From: an uncultured Acidobacteriota bacterium
Lineage (GTDB): Bacteria; Acidobacteriota; Terriglobia; Acidiferrales; UBA7541
Reading direction: 5' to 3'
Length of the DNA: 64,000 bases
Assembly (NCBI GenBank): GCA_963814855.1
Contig: CAWFEL010000003.1
Location: forward strand, 13,619-77,618
The notes under the pieces were generated by a model. It worked only from the letters and a program-made list of their open reading frames with translations. It was not told the DNA's origin and searched no databases. Position numbers and translations under genes: made by a program. This document shows, piece after piece, positions 37,657 to 47,334 of the stretch (positions within the stretch are counted from its first letter, which is position 1; each line of letters begins with the position of its first letter).

Positions 37657-38711
37657 CTACGCGGGTCTGGAGCGTTCCCCTGCCGCGACCCTGAGCCGGG
37701 CGGTGGCTCCGCCGGCGCCCCATTCGTCTATCATGCGACACAGTCCCTCGGATAGGCTCACTTGCGGCGACCAGCCGAATTGCGCATGGGCTTTGCGGAT
37801 GTCGCTGACATAAATGGTTTGGTCGCCGGGCCGGAACTCGCCATGATCCACCGCGGGAAGTTTTCCCGCGAGCTTCGATAGAATTTCGCGAAACTCCTCC
37901 CATATGGAGATCGTATGGGCCGGTCCGCCTCCCACGTTGTAGATCTGGCCGGCCGACCGTTGTTTCTGATTTACGGCGCGAATCATCAGCTCCACCAAAT
38001 CCTCGACGTACAACACGTCCCGGACTTGCTTGCCGTTTCCGTAAATCGTGAGCCGGCCACCGCCAAGCGCCGTCAGGGCGAAGTGCGCCACCCAGCCCTG
38101 ATCTTCGTTTCCGAACTGGTGCGGTCCGTAAATGCACGACATTCGGAATACGATGCTCGGAAGACCATAGATACGATGATAGTCATGCACGTACTGATCG
38201 GCGGCGCCCTTCGAGCATCCGTAGGGCGAATGAAAATCGAGCGGACACGTTTCCGCCACGCCATCAGGCAGATCTTCAAACTCGTAACGCGAGGCACGTT
38301 CGACGACGCGCACGTGCTCAAGTCCTCCGTACACCTTGTTCGTTGAGGTGTACAGGACGACCGGCATCGGATTCTGGCGCCGCGCCGCTTCCAGGACGTT
38401 GACGGTTCCCTGTGCGTTGATCGAAAAATCTTCGCGCGGATTTACGACGGAAGTCGTCACGGCCACCTGGGCGGCCAATGAAACACGGCGTCCGCGCCCT
38501 TCATCGCGGTCTCGACAGCGGTGGAATCCCGCACGTCCCCCTCAATGAACCGCAAGCGGTCCCGATGCTGTGCCTTGAGCCAATCGAGATTCTGTTGGAC
38601 GCCAGCGCGGCTGATGTTGTCGAACAACGTTACATCGTGGCCGTCGCGCAGCAATCTATCCGCTAAATTCGTGCCGATGAAACCGATTCCGCCCGTGACC
38701 AGTGCTCGCAT
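37657..38711 (-). pseudogene. Extended-SDR epimerase (CDP-paratose 2-epimerase-like), frameshifted as assembled
   Basis: ORF 38457..38711 reads MRALVTGGIGFIGTNLADRLLRDGHDVTLFDNISRAGVQQNLDWL...ADAVFH. ORF 37657..38478 then reads (L)AAQVAVTTSV...YGCSKGAADQY. One T is missing in CATTG near 38477. Confidence 0.8.
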
Positions 38712-38813
38712 TTGTAATTGCTACCCGCTTTCCGTTCGCGCTGATACCGCCCTGTCCCGCCAGGGCCCGATGCCCGCCGCGTTCCTATGCGTACAACACT
38801 TGCCATCGTTCGG

Positions 38814-39965
38814 CTAAAACAATCTCTTTAGGCGATGGCGCATCGTTTTGAGGACCATCGGCAACCCCTTCCAGTATGCGCCAAAACTCCTCAGCGCGCC
38901 GAATTCTGAAATGGCAGCCTGAAGCAACTGGTAGCGGTAGTAATACTCCAGATAGACCAAATGAACCTCATCTTGCGGCCAGTTTCGCGCCGGCGCGAAG
39001 AATTCATTTGGGTGCTCGCTAAGCACCGAAATCATCTTGTCCCGGCACTTCTGAAATGTAAAGTCACTGAGGGTCATCTTCTGGCCCGCACGAGCAATCT
39101 CGGCCCTTTTCCCTTCGTGACGAAGATAGTGGTCCACGAGATCAGGAATCTCCGCTTCGTTTCGCCAGCCCACGAAATGTTCACCCTCCCGGAAACCCCA
39201 CTCAATAAGTTCCGTCGGCATGCCGGTGATCAGCAGCGCTCCTCCGGCCATCGCTTCATAGCACCGCATGTTGGCTTCTTGCGGAAAATCCGCACGGCTC
39301 ACATTCACCACAATCTTGCTCTGCTGATAGATGCCCGCGGTTTCCTGTTTGCTGTACCGCCTTTTCCGGTCATTCATCTTGAACCGGTCGGCGAGTGCAT
39401 GGATGATCCGTTTCCGCTGGTCATATTGCGCATAGCCGAAGCCCCCGACCCATCCCAAGTCCAGCGGGCGGTTTTCTGCACCTGAACTCTCCTGGAACAG
39501 GTCCGCATCCACAGCATGGGGAAGCACTACAACGTTGGGATGGCCCGCCTCCTTGTATAGCGACGCCAACGAGGGATGCCAAACAAACACGTAATCGAAA
39601 AGCATGGACCATCGAACGCGCGACGAAGGCCACCAAAACGAATCAATGTCCAGCGACGCCGTAGGCACAGGGGACAACTGCACGTCACGGGGCAATCCGG
39701 GCGTATGGACGAGGTGCGCGAAAACTTCTGGCATCTCGTTTCGACTTTGAGCGTATTCGAGGAGCTTCAGGACGCTTACTGTAGGACCGAGGGTGTCCAA
39801 GTCAAAATGCGTCGCACAATCGGCGGCAAACGCGTCGGAGAGATATTGCTCTGTAACATGCCGGTGGGATGCGTTATAGCTGAACGCCACTCTCAGAGGT
39901 GTTGGTCTCACAGGGATTGAAGAATTGGTTGACGGGTTTCCATCCTGATCATGACAACCGGCCAC
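38814..39965 (-). CDS. CgeB-family (DUF3880 + Glyco_trans_1_2-like) glycosyltransferase
   Basis: …SKIVVNVSRADFPQEANMRCYEAMAGGALLITG…GEHFVGWRNEAEIPDLVDHYLRHEGKRAEIARAGQ. Confidence 0.6.
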   Translation of the reverse strand: MAGCHDQDGNPSTNSSIPVRPTPLRVAFSYNASHRHVTEQYLSDAFAADCATHFDLDTLGPTVSVLKLLEYAQSRNEMPEVFAHLVHTPGLPRDVQLSPVPTASLDIDSFWWPSSRVRWSMLFDYVFVWHPSLASLYKEAGHPNVVVLPHAVDADLFQESSGAENRPLDLGWVGGFGYAQYDQRKRIIHALADRFKMNDRKRRYSKQETAGIYQQSKIVVNVSRADFPQEANMRCYEAMAGGALLITGMPTELIEWGFREGEHFVGWRNEAEIPDLVDHYLRHEGKRAEIARAGQKMTLSDFTFQKCRDKMISVLSEHPNEFFAPARNWPQDEVHLVYLEYYYRYQLLQAAISEFGALRSFGAYWKGLPMVLKTMRHRLKRLF

Positions 39966-40607
39966 TCAAGATCTTTCTACCACAACCACCGAATCAACCT
40001 CCTGCACAATATTCCACCCAGGAAGGGCCCGCTCCCGAAAAAGTTGATTGACAAGCTTCACCGGAGCCCAGTCCGGCCGAGTCCATCCACCGGCAAACGT
40101 GGCTGCGTCGTGGAAAACAACCACCCCACCCGGCATCATATGTTGATGCCACTTTTCCCAGTCCTGCTGTACGCCCGTCTCCGAGTGGTCACCATCTATG
40201 AACAGGAAGTCAATTGGGCCGCTCCAATCCTTCGCGGCATTGGAGCTAAATTCTTCAATCCAGATCACGCGCCCGTTCCGGCAGCCTCGAACCGCCCGAT
40301 GTGCCGCGCGCCTTGTGGCATTGATAGCCCGGACGCGACTGAGATGGAAGGGGTCAATCAACCAGAGGGTCCCCTCGGGCGACATGGCCTCACGCAGTGC
40401 GACGGCGGACGCGCCTTCTGCGACACCGATCTCGACGAGTCTGGACCTACCGGTTGCCCATTTTCGCAAGGCCTCATGTTCGCCTAAGGTGTGCTGACCC
40501 AAAACGGGGCGAATGCCTAGCCAGGCAAACACAGAATGCCGCAGGAGTGGGTGCGTGCCCGCTTCGGGCTTGGCGCCTTCTTTTCTGAGGATTGTGTTAC
40601 CGGTCAA
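39966..40607 (-). CDS. Class I SAM-dependent methyltransferase (Methyltransf_24/CmcI-like)
   Basis: LVEIGVAEGASAVAL; FLFIDGDHSETGVQQDWEKWHQHMMPGGVVVFHD. Confidence 0.7.
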   Translation of the reverse strand: MTGNTILRKEGAKPEAGTHPLLRHSVFAWLGIRPVLGQHTLGEHEALRKWATGRSRLVEIGVAEGASAVALREAMSPEGTLWLIDPFHLSRVRAINATRRAAHRAVRGCRNGRVIWIEEFSSNAAKDWSGPIDFLFIDGDHSETGVQQDWEKWHQHMMPGGVVVFHDAATFAGGWTRPDWAPVKLVNQLFRERALPGWNIVQEVDSVVVVERS

Positions 40608-40774
40608 CGGTTATACGTCTCCAGTCGGATCCCAACGGCTTTCAGAAGCCGTTTCCGCCAGTTTCCCCGACGCTCCAACTTTCTCACGCACGTTCCTCGT
40701 CGCACACAGGAGAAAGAGTAGCCCAGTGCTGGGAATTATACATTGCCGCGAATGATCAATCAGAACAGCTTGGA

Positions 40775-41911
40775 CTACCCCTGAGCGGCTCTCGCCGGTT
40801 CCCCGATCCGAACTTGCGCCGCCACCGCGACGATTTCCGACGCGGGCAATATCCGATCGCGCAGACGCAGGATTGGATACTCGACCAATTTCGACATCGC
40901 GATTCCGATCGTCAGACCTCCGACAAAATAGACCGCGAACCATCCAAATCTACCGTTAGGAAAACCCAGCAAGCGCCGGACCAAGCCCGGTAACCATGCC
41001 GCCACGGCAGCATGCCAGAGGTAAATCGAGTAAGAATACATTCCTACAAAAGCGGCCGCGCTGCCCGCAAGTTCCATAAACTTTGCCAGTCTTCCAGAAA
41101 CGATTCCACGTACATAGAGACTCAAAAGCAGTATTCCCGCGAAACCCACATAAATGAAGGAGTACCCGAACGCAGCGAAGATTGCGCTATCTCGACCATA
41201 GAAGCATGCGGACGAGAGCAAAACTGCGGACGCGATCGCCAACGCAACTCGATTTGCGGTGGGACGCATGAGTTCCTCAAGTGTCGTCGGCCGAAAATGA
41301 TACAGGTAGCCAATCAGCACGCCACAAAACAGCGCGTCCATCCGTTCATGAGATGCAGTGTAAGCCATATGGAAATTTGGAGTCCCAAGATAGACCGAGT
41401 CCGCTCGGACGAGCAGGCACAGCACTGCAATGATGCCGGCTGCCCAGGGAATCAAACGAAATGGATCCTCGCGATTGGATGACAATCTGCTCAGGACCAG
41501 CAGAAAAATAGGCAGAAAGATGTAGAAGTGTTCTTCCACGGCCAGCGTCCACGTATGGTCCCAGATTCCGCGCTCATAGTTCGTGACAAAGAAAACTTCG
41601 TGGAGATACCGAGCGATCGCCGGATGCGAGTGGAAAACCAGTTGGCCAGCGACGCCCGTCACGAAGAGGAACGTATAAAAGGCCGGATAAATTTTTAGCC
41701 CTCGGCGAATGAAGAACCGCTTGAAATCAATTGCCTGGCGCTTCCTGTACTCGCTGAAAAGCAATCCGGAAATCAAGAAACCGCTCAAGACGAAAAACAA
41801 GTCAACACCCGTCCATCCCACGCGTGTGAAAAACCTTGATTCGCCTGAGTGATGGAGCATAACGGTGACGACGGCCACACATCGGAGAATGTCCAGCCGC
41901 TTGTTTCTCAT
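40775..41911 (-). CDS. Acyltransferase family 3 (O-acyltransferase)
   Basis: MRNKRLDILRCVAVVTVMLHHSG; FFVLSGFLISG; about 10 TM segments. Confidence 0.75.
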   Translation of the reverse strand: MRNKRLDILRCVAVVTVMLHHSGESRFFTRVGWTGVDLFFVLSGFLISGLLFSEYRKRQAIDFKRFFIRRGLKIYPAFYTFLFVTGVAGQLVFHSHPAIARYLHEVFFVTNYERGIWDHTWTLAVEEHFYIFLPIFLLVLSRLSSNREDPFRLIPWAAGIIAVLCLLVRADSVYLGTPNFHMAYTASHERMDALFCGVLIGYLYHFRPTTLEELMRPTANRVALAIASAVLLSSACFYGRDSAIFAAFGYSFIYVGFAGILLLSLYVRGIVSGRLAKFMELAGSAAAFVGMYSYSIYLWHAAVAAWLPGLVRRLLGFPNGRFGWFAVYFVGGLTIGIAMSKLVEYPILRLRDRILPASEIVAVAAQVRIGEPARAAQG

Positions 41912-41945
41912 TTGCGCATGTCTGTAGCGAGACCCTGGAACTCGA

Positions 41946-43043
41946 TCAGATCCCGGTCGCGCGCTGAAATCGGCTCCACCAGTTTTCCGGCGCCATCATC
42001 TCTACCAAGCGAGGGCGTATCCCAGCTTGAATGACACGTCTCCAGCCTTGCGGATCTGAAATCACCTGGCGCACCGCCAGTTCGAATCCCTCAAGGTCGT
42101 CGGTCGAAGCGGTCATTAGCGGCTTCAGCGCGTCGTCATTGTAGTAGGTCAAGCTCGCGCCGTGAGGCGAGGCGATCACCGGAGTCCCACTTGCGAGCGC
42201 CTCCGAAACCACGAATGGGAAAGGATCGTAGCGCGAGGGGCACATGGAAAAATCGGCCGCGTTGTAAAGGAGCGGCAAGAGCTCGTAGGTCGCATTATGA
42301 AACACGCGGACATTCGGAAGCGCTTCCAGACCGTTCGGGAGAGGGCCGCGCACGGCCACGAGCATCGTCATTTCCGGAAACTTACGTGCGACGTGCTCAA
42401 CCGCCCCAAATCCTTTCATCGGGTGTGCGCTCCCCACATACAATCCCACCGCCTTTGATTCGATGCCCAACTGCCGGCGGCACTCTTGCATGTCGAGCTG
42501 CCGAAAATGATTCAGGTCAATCGGGTACCACATCACCTGGGCGTCATATCCAAAATAGCGCCGTATCTCACGACGAATTGGCTCCGAACAACACAGTGCG
42601 ATATTGCCTTTTCCGGAATACCGCTCAAGGACCATTCCGTCCCACCATTTCAGTTTCAAGTATCCCCGGTACTTGATGTACGACCGAATGGCTTCCGCCT
42701 GTCCGCAATAGGTGCCGTGGAAAAACTGAGCGTGCTTTACACCTTTGCCGAGCGGATACCAACCCACGGTGGAATTTGAAAGTACCAGGCGGACACCCGG
42801 ATGAAGGGCTTCCTGGGCCGCTCTGCCGATGTTGTACCCATGAAGGCTCCCTGCCAGCAGCCATTCGACCTTACTCTGGGAATTAGGATGCCGCCAGCGC
42901 TCAGGACCCGTGTTCTCTGGATGAAAAACACGGACGCCATAACCTCGCTCCTGAAACCCGCTCGCCACGTACTGCAGGAATCGCTCCATTCCTCCTAACC
43001 GTTCAATCGGCCCGGTGGTGAGAATGAATATCTCGTCAGCCAT
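41946..43043 (-). CDS. GT4-family glycosyltransferase
   Basis: …FSMCPSRYDPFPFVVSEALASGTPVIASP…; 365 aa. Confidence 0.7.
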   Translation of the reverse strand: MADEIFILTTGPIERLGGMERFLQYVASGFQERGYGVRVFHPENTGPERWRHPNSQSKVEWLLAGSLHGYNIGRAAQEALHPGVRLVLSNSTVGWYPLGKGVKHAQFFHGTYCGQAEAIRSYIKYRGYLKLKWWDGMVLERYSGKGNIALCCSEPIRREIRRYFGYDAQVMWYPIDLNHFRQLDMQECRRQLGIESKAVGLYVGSAHPMKGFGAVEHVARKFPEMTMLVAVRGPLPNGLEALPNVRVFHNATYELLPLLYNAADFSMCPSRYDPFPFVVSEALASGTPVIASPHGASLTYYNDDALKPLMTASTDDLEGFELAVRQVISDPQGWRRVIQAGIRPRLVEMMAPENWWSRFQRATGI

Positions 43044-43254
43044 ACATCTGACGCTCTCGGTCCGACCGACAGAGCATTTTTCTAGACATTCTCGAATCTC
43101 CCTACTCCAGGCAGGTGCATGTCACAGCGTATCCGCGCGTCTCGAGAATCGTGCTCAGATAGGGACGCAACAGCTTGCGCAAGGGCATGTGGTCCTATCT
43201 CTCAATTCCTATCACAAACACTGCTCGCGTGATTCCGAGGATTCCAGCATCACC

Positions 43255-44145
43255 CTAAAGCAAGCTCTTCTTCTCCTGTGGCACCGCGAGATAATTCTTA
43301 ACGCCCATGTATTCTTCCTTCGGCTGATGCGCACCGGTACTTCCGTCGGCAAGAATGTCGAACCATTCGTAATCATAAGTTCGAAGCAGCTTCATGATAT
43401 CCGCAGCTGCGTACCCCCAAGTTCGCGTGACGAGATCCAACACCTCACAGATGATCAACGGGCGAATCCGCCTTAGTACGTGATCAGCACCGCGGAAGGC
43501 ATCCACTTCGCCGCCTTCCGTGTCGATCTTGATGAGGTCAACTCTGTCAATTTGCTCGCGACGCAAGTATTCGTCTAAGGTCACCGTTTCGACGTTGACC
43601 TCCCTTGTGATTTGATCCAATGCCGGGGTTCGGAGGCTGTTCATGGTGGTAAAGCCATCTACAACTACCGACAGCGACGCCGTGCCCACTTCCGAGGCCA
43701 AAGCGTATGGCTCAAGAGTTACCGATTCGACTCCGTTGTGGCGAAGATGAAGCCGCATCCGCTGGCGCTCTCGCGGAGAGGGTTCAAACGCGATCACTCG
43801 TCCATCGGGCCCCAATTTCTTCGCGGCAATTATGCTGTAGAGGCCATGATAGGCACCGATATCTAGAAACGTCATCCCGCGCTGAAGATATTTCCAAAGA
43901 AATCTGAGATCTCCGACGTCATCCCCCCAGTATTCAAACGCACTCCGGTCCACAGTGAAAGTCGCCGGGAAATATGACCACCAGAAATGCAATTGATCTT
44001 GAGGAGTCACTCTCAAGCGAACCTGATGCGGAGCGTACGGCAACTTCGCGAGCCACATCGTTGCGACAAATCGGGCCGTCGTCCGCTTCTGTTCGGGCGA
44101 CTTCCTGAGGAAGTTTTGGACCTGCTCCAGTGAGATCATGATCAC
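43255..44145 (-). CDS. FkbM-family methyltransferase
   Basis: FLDIGAYHGLYSIIAAKKLGPDGRVIAFEPSPRERQRMRLHLRHNGVESVTLEPYAL; DLIKIDTEGGEVD. Confidence 0.8.
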   Translation of the reverse strand: MIMISLEQVQNFLRKSPEQKRTTARFVATMWLAKLPYAPHQVRLRVTPQDQLHFWWSYFPATFTVDRSAFEYWGDDVGDLRFLWKYLQRGMTFLDIGAYHGLYSIIAAKKLGPDGRVIAFEPSPRERQRMRLHLRHNGVESVTLEPYALASEVGTASLSVVVDGFTTMNSLRTPALDQITREVNVETVTLDEYLRREQIDRVDLIKIDTEGGEVDAFRGADHVLRRIRPLIICEVLDLVTRTWGYAAADIMKLLRTYDYEWFDILADGSTGAHQPKEEYMGVKNYLAVPQEKKSLL

Positions 44146-45104
44146 AAGTTGGTATCAGTGGTTTTCGATTCTTTGCCATCCAGCTGCAGGAGTTTGCTCC
44201 GTGAAAGGACCAAACTCATATAATCATCGCCGGAAAGGCTGCTTAAAATGTCAGCGTCGGAAGACTCTAGAGTTCGCCCCTGCTCCAAGCGATAAATCTT
44301 GAATCCACACGCTCTCACTTCGTTTAAGAAAGCGCTGGGTAACACATCAGCCTGCTTAAACCCCGTCGGCCAGAACTCAGTCAAAATCGTGACTCCGGAG
44401 TTCTGCTGTAGAGTTCTTCGCATGCCAATGAAAGCATCATACTCGGAACCTTGAATGTCCATCTTGAGGAAATCGATGCCAGTCGGGTTGGCGGCGAAGT
44501 AGTCGTCAAGTGAAATGGCTTCCACCGCAACCGCCGAGCGCTTCGTTCCGGCCTGTTGAACGGTCTCGCCAAGGGGCTCGTACGTTCGGTGATCGCCGAA
44601 ATTCCCATTTGAGCGATGAAGAAATGACGGTCCGGAAAGAGCTGCGACGGCTTTCTGATTAGTCAAAACGTTCTGGCAGCGGTTCTCAACTACGTTCTTC
44701 TGCAGAAATGCAAAATTCCTGGGGTCAGGTTCGAACGCAAATACTTTCCCTGTGCTTCCAACAAGGCTGGAAGCGAGCACGGTGTAATATCCGATGTGCG
44801 CTCCGATGTCTACGAATACCATCCCCGGCCGTAAGTTCTTTTCGAGGAACTTCGTCTCTTCCGGTTCCCAAATTCCTTCCGTGAACATGGCGGAAGAAAC
44901 TGCTCCATCCCTAAGATCCATATGGAGCATTTTGCCCTTCACGGAAATCTTCACCGAGCGGCCAAACAATGAGGCGAGTTGCACCTGGAGACGAAACCCA
45001 GGGAGCGCTTGCCGCACCGCCCTGCCTAGAAACATTCTCCAACCATGTCCCCGTGTGTTTAGCTCGAACGTGAGAATCTTTTGGAAAATCGCTGGCTCGC
45101 TCAA
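44142..45104 (-). CDS. FkbM-family methyltransferase
   Basis: VFVDIGAHIGYYTVLASSLVGSTGKVFAFEPDPRNFAFLQKNV; FLKMDIQGSEYD. There is an ATGA overlap with the downstream FkbM gene. Confidence 0.8.
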   Translation of the reverse strand: MSEPAIFQKILTFELNTRGHGWRMFLGRAVRQALPGFRLQVQLASLFGRSVKISVKGKMLHMDLRDGAVSSAMFTEGIWEPEETKFLEKNLRPGMVFVDIGAHIGYYTVLASSLVGSTGKVFAFEPDPRNFAFLQKNVVENRCQNVLTNQKAVAALSGPSFLHRSNGNFGDHRTYEPLGETVQQAGTKRSAVAVEAISLDDYFAANPTGIDFLKMDIQGSEYDAFIGMRRTLQQNSGVTILTEFWPTGFKQADVLPSAFLNEVRACGFKIYRLEQGRTLESSDADILSSLSGDDYMSLVLSRSKLLQLDGKESKTTDTNL

Positions 45105-45182
45105 GCAGATTTGCGGCTAACCGCTTCCAACTGGTCCTTCAAACTGAGGAAACCGTATCTCGCAATTCGCCGAAGTACAAAA

Positions 45183-46451
45183 TTATGCGTCCGTTCTCTG
45201 GATACTCTCGCCCCGAAGTAATTCGCGCCCGGCTGCCACTTCAGCTGCGGATACTGAAAATGAACACGGTATGTTCAAGAGCCCGGCCCACTCGTCTTTC
45301 GGGTGGGTCACCGGCTTGGTTGCTATCACCAACTCCGGAAGGCACTCCCAGTCGTCAATGAGTCCCTGGTCGTCATAAAGCGTCACGCGCAAATTATAGG
45401 AACCTGGACGCAAGGGAAGCGACGGAAGCCTGTAGAGGAAGTGTTGCACGCCCTCCTGCAGCTGTAATCCATCGAAGCCAGCGCCCCAAAGCAGTTGCCG
45501 CTCTCCATTGTATAGGACGATTCCGTGCTGGACATTGCGAAGAGGCCGATTAACGAGCAGCGTAACGCTGGCGGTCAGAGGTCCAAAGGAATCAAGAACG
45601 TTGGGGCGTCCGCCGCGAGGCTCCAGAATCTCCCACTTCTGAAAGCTGGCCTTCACATTTGGAGCGTGGGATCTGGCGCGCAATTCCAGTTGCCCGGAGC
45701 CAGCTTCGTAGGCAGCCGATATCTCGGCCGTGGGACCTTGACGCCGAATCTCACCGCCGTCAATCCAGAGAACGCGTTCGCAGAGGCGGCGAATCTGATT
45801 CATCTGATGGCTGACGAATACGATGGTGCGGCCGCTCTTCGACACTTCCTGCATTTTGCCTAGACACTTCTTCTGGAACTCGAGGTCGCCGACGGCCAAC
45901 ACTTCGTCCACAAACAGGATCTCCGGTTCGAGATGCGCGGCGACGGCAAACGCCAGCCGCATCTGCATGCCGGTGCTGAAATGTTTGAGTGGCGTGTCTA
46001 TGTACCGCTCGACACCGGCGAAATCAACAATCTCGTCGAACTTCCGGACGATTTCGTCTTTCTTCATTCCGAGGACGGCCCCGCTCAAGAAAACGTTTTC
46101 GCGGCCCGTAAGCTCGGGATGGAATCCCGTGCCTACCTCGAGAAGACTGGCTACGCGGCCATGAATCTCCGCGAAACCCGCAGTAGGGCGCGTGATGCGC
46201 GAGAGGATTTTCAGCAGCGTCGTCTTGCCCGCGCCATTTCGCCCGATGAGGCCGACGACCTCGCCCTGTTGCACGTCGAACGAGACGTCCCGCAGCGCCC
46301 AAAGATAATCGCGCGTGCGCCGTTCTTCTCCGCGCCGAAATGGGGCGGTGAACGCGCGCGCCAGCACATCGCGCAAAGCAAGGTAACGCTCGCGCTCTCC
46401 GACTCGGTAGCGTTTGCCCAATCCTTCGACATGAATGACAGTTTCGCTCAA
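45183..46451 (-). CDS. wzt: Wzt/TagH-type polysaccharide ABC exporter ATPase with a C-terminal ~170-aa beta-rich extension
   Basis: GRNGAGKTTLLKILSRI (Walker A), FSTGMQMRLAFA (signature-like) and ILFVDEVLAVGD (Walker B). About 170 extra residues follow (…FQKWEILEPRGG…YNLRVTLYDDQGLIDDWECL…). Confidence 0.85.
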   Translation of the reverse strand: MSETVIHVEGLGKRYRVGERERYLALRDVLARAFTAPFRRGEERRTRDYLWALRDVSFDVQQGEVVGLIGRNGAGKTTLLKILSRITRPTAGFAEIHGRVASLLEVGTGFHPELTGRENVFLSGAVLGMKKDEIVRKFDEIVDFAGVERYIDTPLKHFSTGMQMRLAFAVAAHLEPEILFVDEVLAVGDLEFQKKCLGKMQEVSKSGRTIVFVSHQMNQIRRLCERVLWIDGGEIRRQGPTAEISAAYEAGSGQLELRARSHAPNVKASFQKWEILEPRGGRPNVLDSFGPLTASVTLLVNRPLRNVQHGIVLYNGERQLLWGAGFDGLQLQEGVQHFLYRLPSLPLRPGSYNLRVTLYDDQGLIDDWECLPELVIATKPVTHPKDEWAGLLNIPCSFSVSAAEVAAGRELLRGESIQRTDA

Positions 46452-46470
46452 GCTCTAATCCGCACCGGTC

Positions 46471-47334
46471 TTAAACCACATCGGCGACCGTCGTTTCCAT
46501 TTTCTGAAAATATCCGACGCCGCTCAGCAGAAGCACAATCACCATTCCCGCAGAAACGTAAATCAGCGGTCCGGGCGGATCGCCGCGTCCCGTGAGCGAC
46601 CACCGAAACCCTTCGATCACTCCGGCCATGGGATTCAAGCCATAGAGCCAGCGCCATTTGACCGGCACGAGCGAGCTCGCATACACCACGGGCGAAGCAA
46701 ACATCCAGAATTGCACAAGAAACGGCAGCACGTAGCGCACGTCGCGATAAATCGCGTTCAGTGCGGAAAGCCACAATCCCACGCCCAGAGCTGTCAGAAT
46801 CGCCAGCAACAGAAACACGGGCAGCCATAGTACGGCGGCTCCCGGCCGAACCCGATAGTAAACCATCAGCACGAGAAACATCACGAACGAGACGCCGAAG
46901 TCAACGAGACCGGAAAGGACAGCCGAAAGCGGCAAAGCCAGCCTCGGGAAATAGACCTTCGTGATGAGCCGCTGATTTTCGACGATGGTGTTGGTCGCAT
47001 TCTGCAAGGCCGCTGCGAAATACATCCAGGGAAGCAACGCGCTGTAATAAAAGATCGGGTATGGCAGGCCGTCGGATGGAATATGCGCCAGTTTACCGAA
47101 GAAAAGGCTGAAAACGAGCATGGTGAGTAATGGCTGTAGAACGGCCCACGCCGCGCCGATCGCTGTTTGCTTGTACCGGATCTTGATGTCCCGCCAGACA
47201 AAGAAATAGAGCAGCTCACGGTAGGCCCACAACTCGCCTAGCGGAATAGCCCACCAGCGGCTCGGCGGTGTGATGCGAAGGACGATCGGCTTCGCGAATG
47301 CGGTTGATTCGGCGGTAGCGTTCACGCTTTTCAC
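46471..47334 (-). CDS. wzm: Wzm-type ABC-2 polysaccharide exporter permease
   Basis: …LWAYRELLYFFVWRDIKIRYKQTAIGAAWAVLQPLL…; 6 TM segments; immediately upstream of wzt. Confidence 0.85.
   Translation of the reverse strand: MKSVNATAESTAFAKPIVLRITPPSRWWAIPLGELWAYRELLYFFVWRDIKIRYKQTAIGAAWAVLQPLLTMLVFSLFFGKLAHIPSDGLPYPIFYYSALLPWMYFAAALQNATNTIVENQRLITKVYFPRLALPLSAVLSGLVDFGVSFVMFLVLMVYYRVRPGAAVLWLPVFLLLAILTALGVGLWLSALNAIYRDVRYVLPFLVQFWMFASPVVYASSLVPVKWRWLYGLNPMAGVIEGFRWSLTGRGDPPGPLIYVSAGMVIVLLLSGVGYFQKMETTVADVV

Noticed and set aside
27747-38477. Phase variation by slipped-strand mispairing as the cause of the glycan-gene frameshifts
   Set aside because: The affected runs are only 2-3 nt long. 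Known phase-variable tracts are much longer homopolymers or multi-copy short repeats.
47311-47318. GGCGGTAG, the ops/JUMPstart core used by RfaH in polysaccharide operons
   Set aside because: It lies on the + strand inside the coding region of the - strand wzm gene. That is the wrong strand and context for an ops pause site. An 8-mer match is expected by chance in 64 kb of GC-rich DNA.
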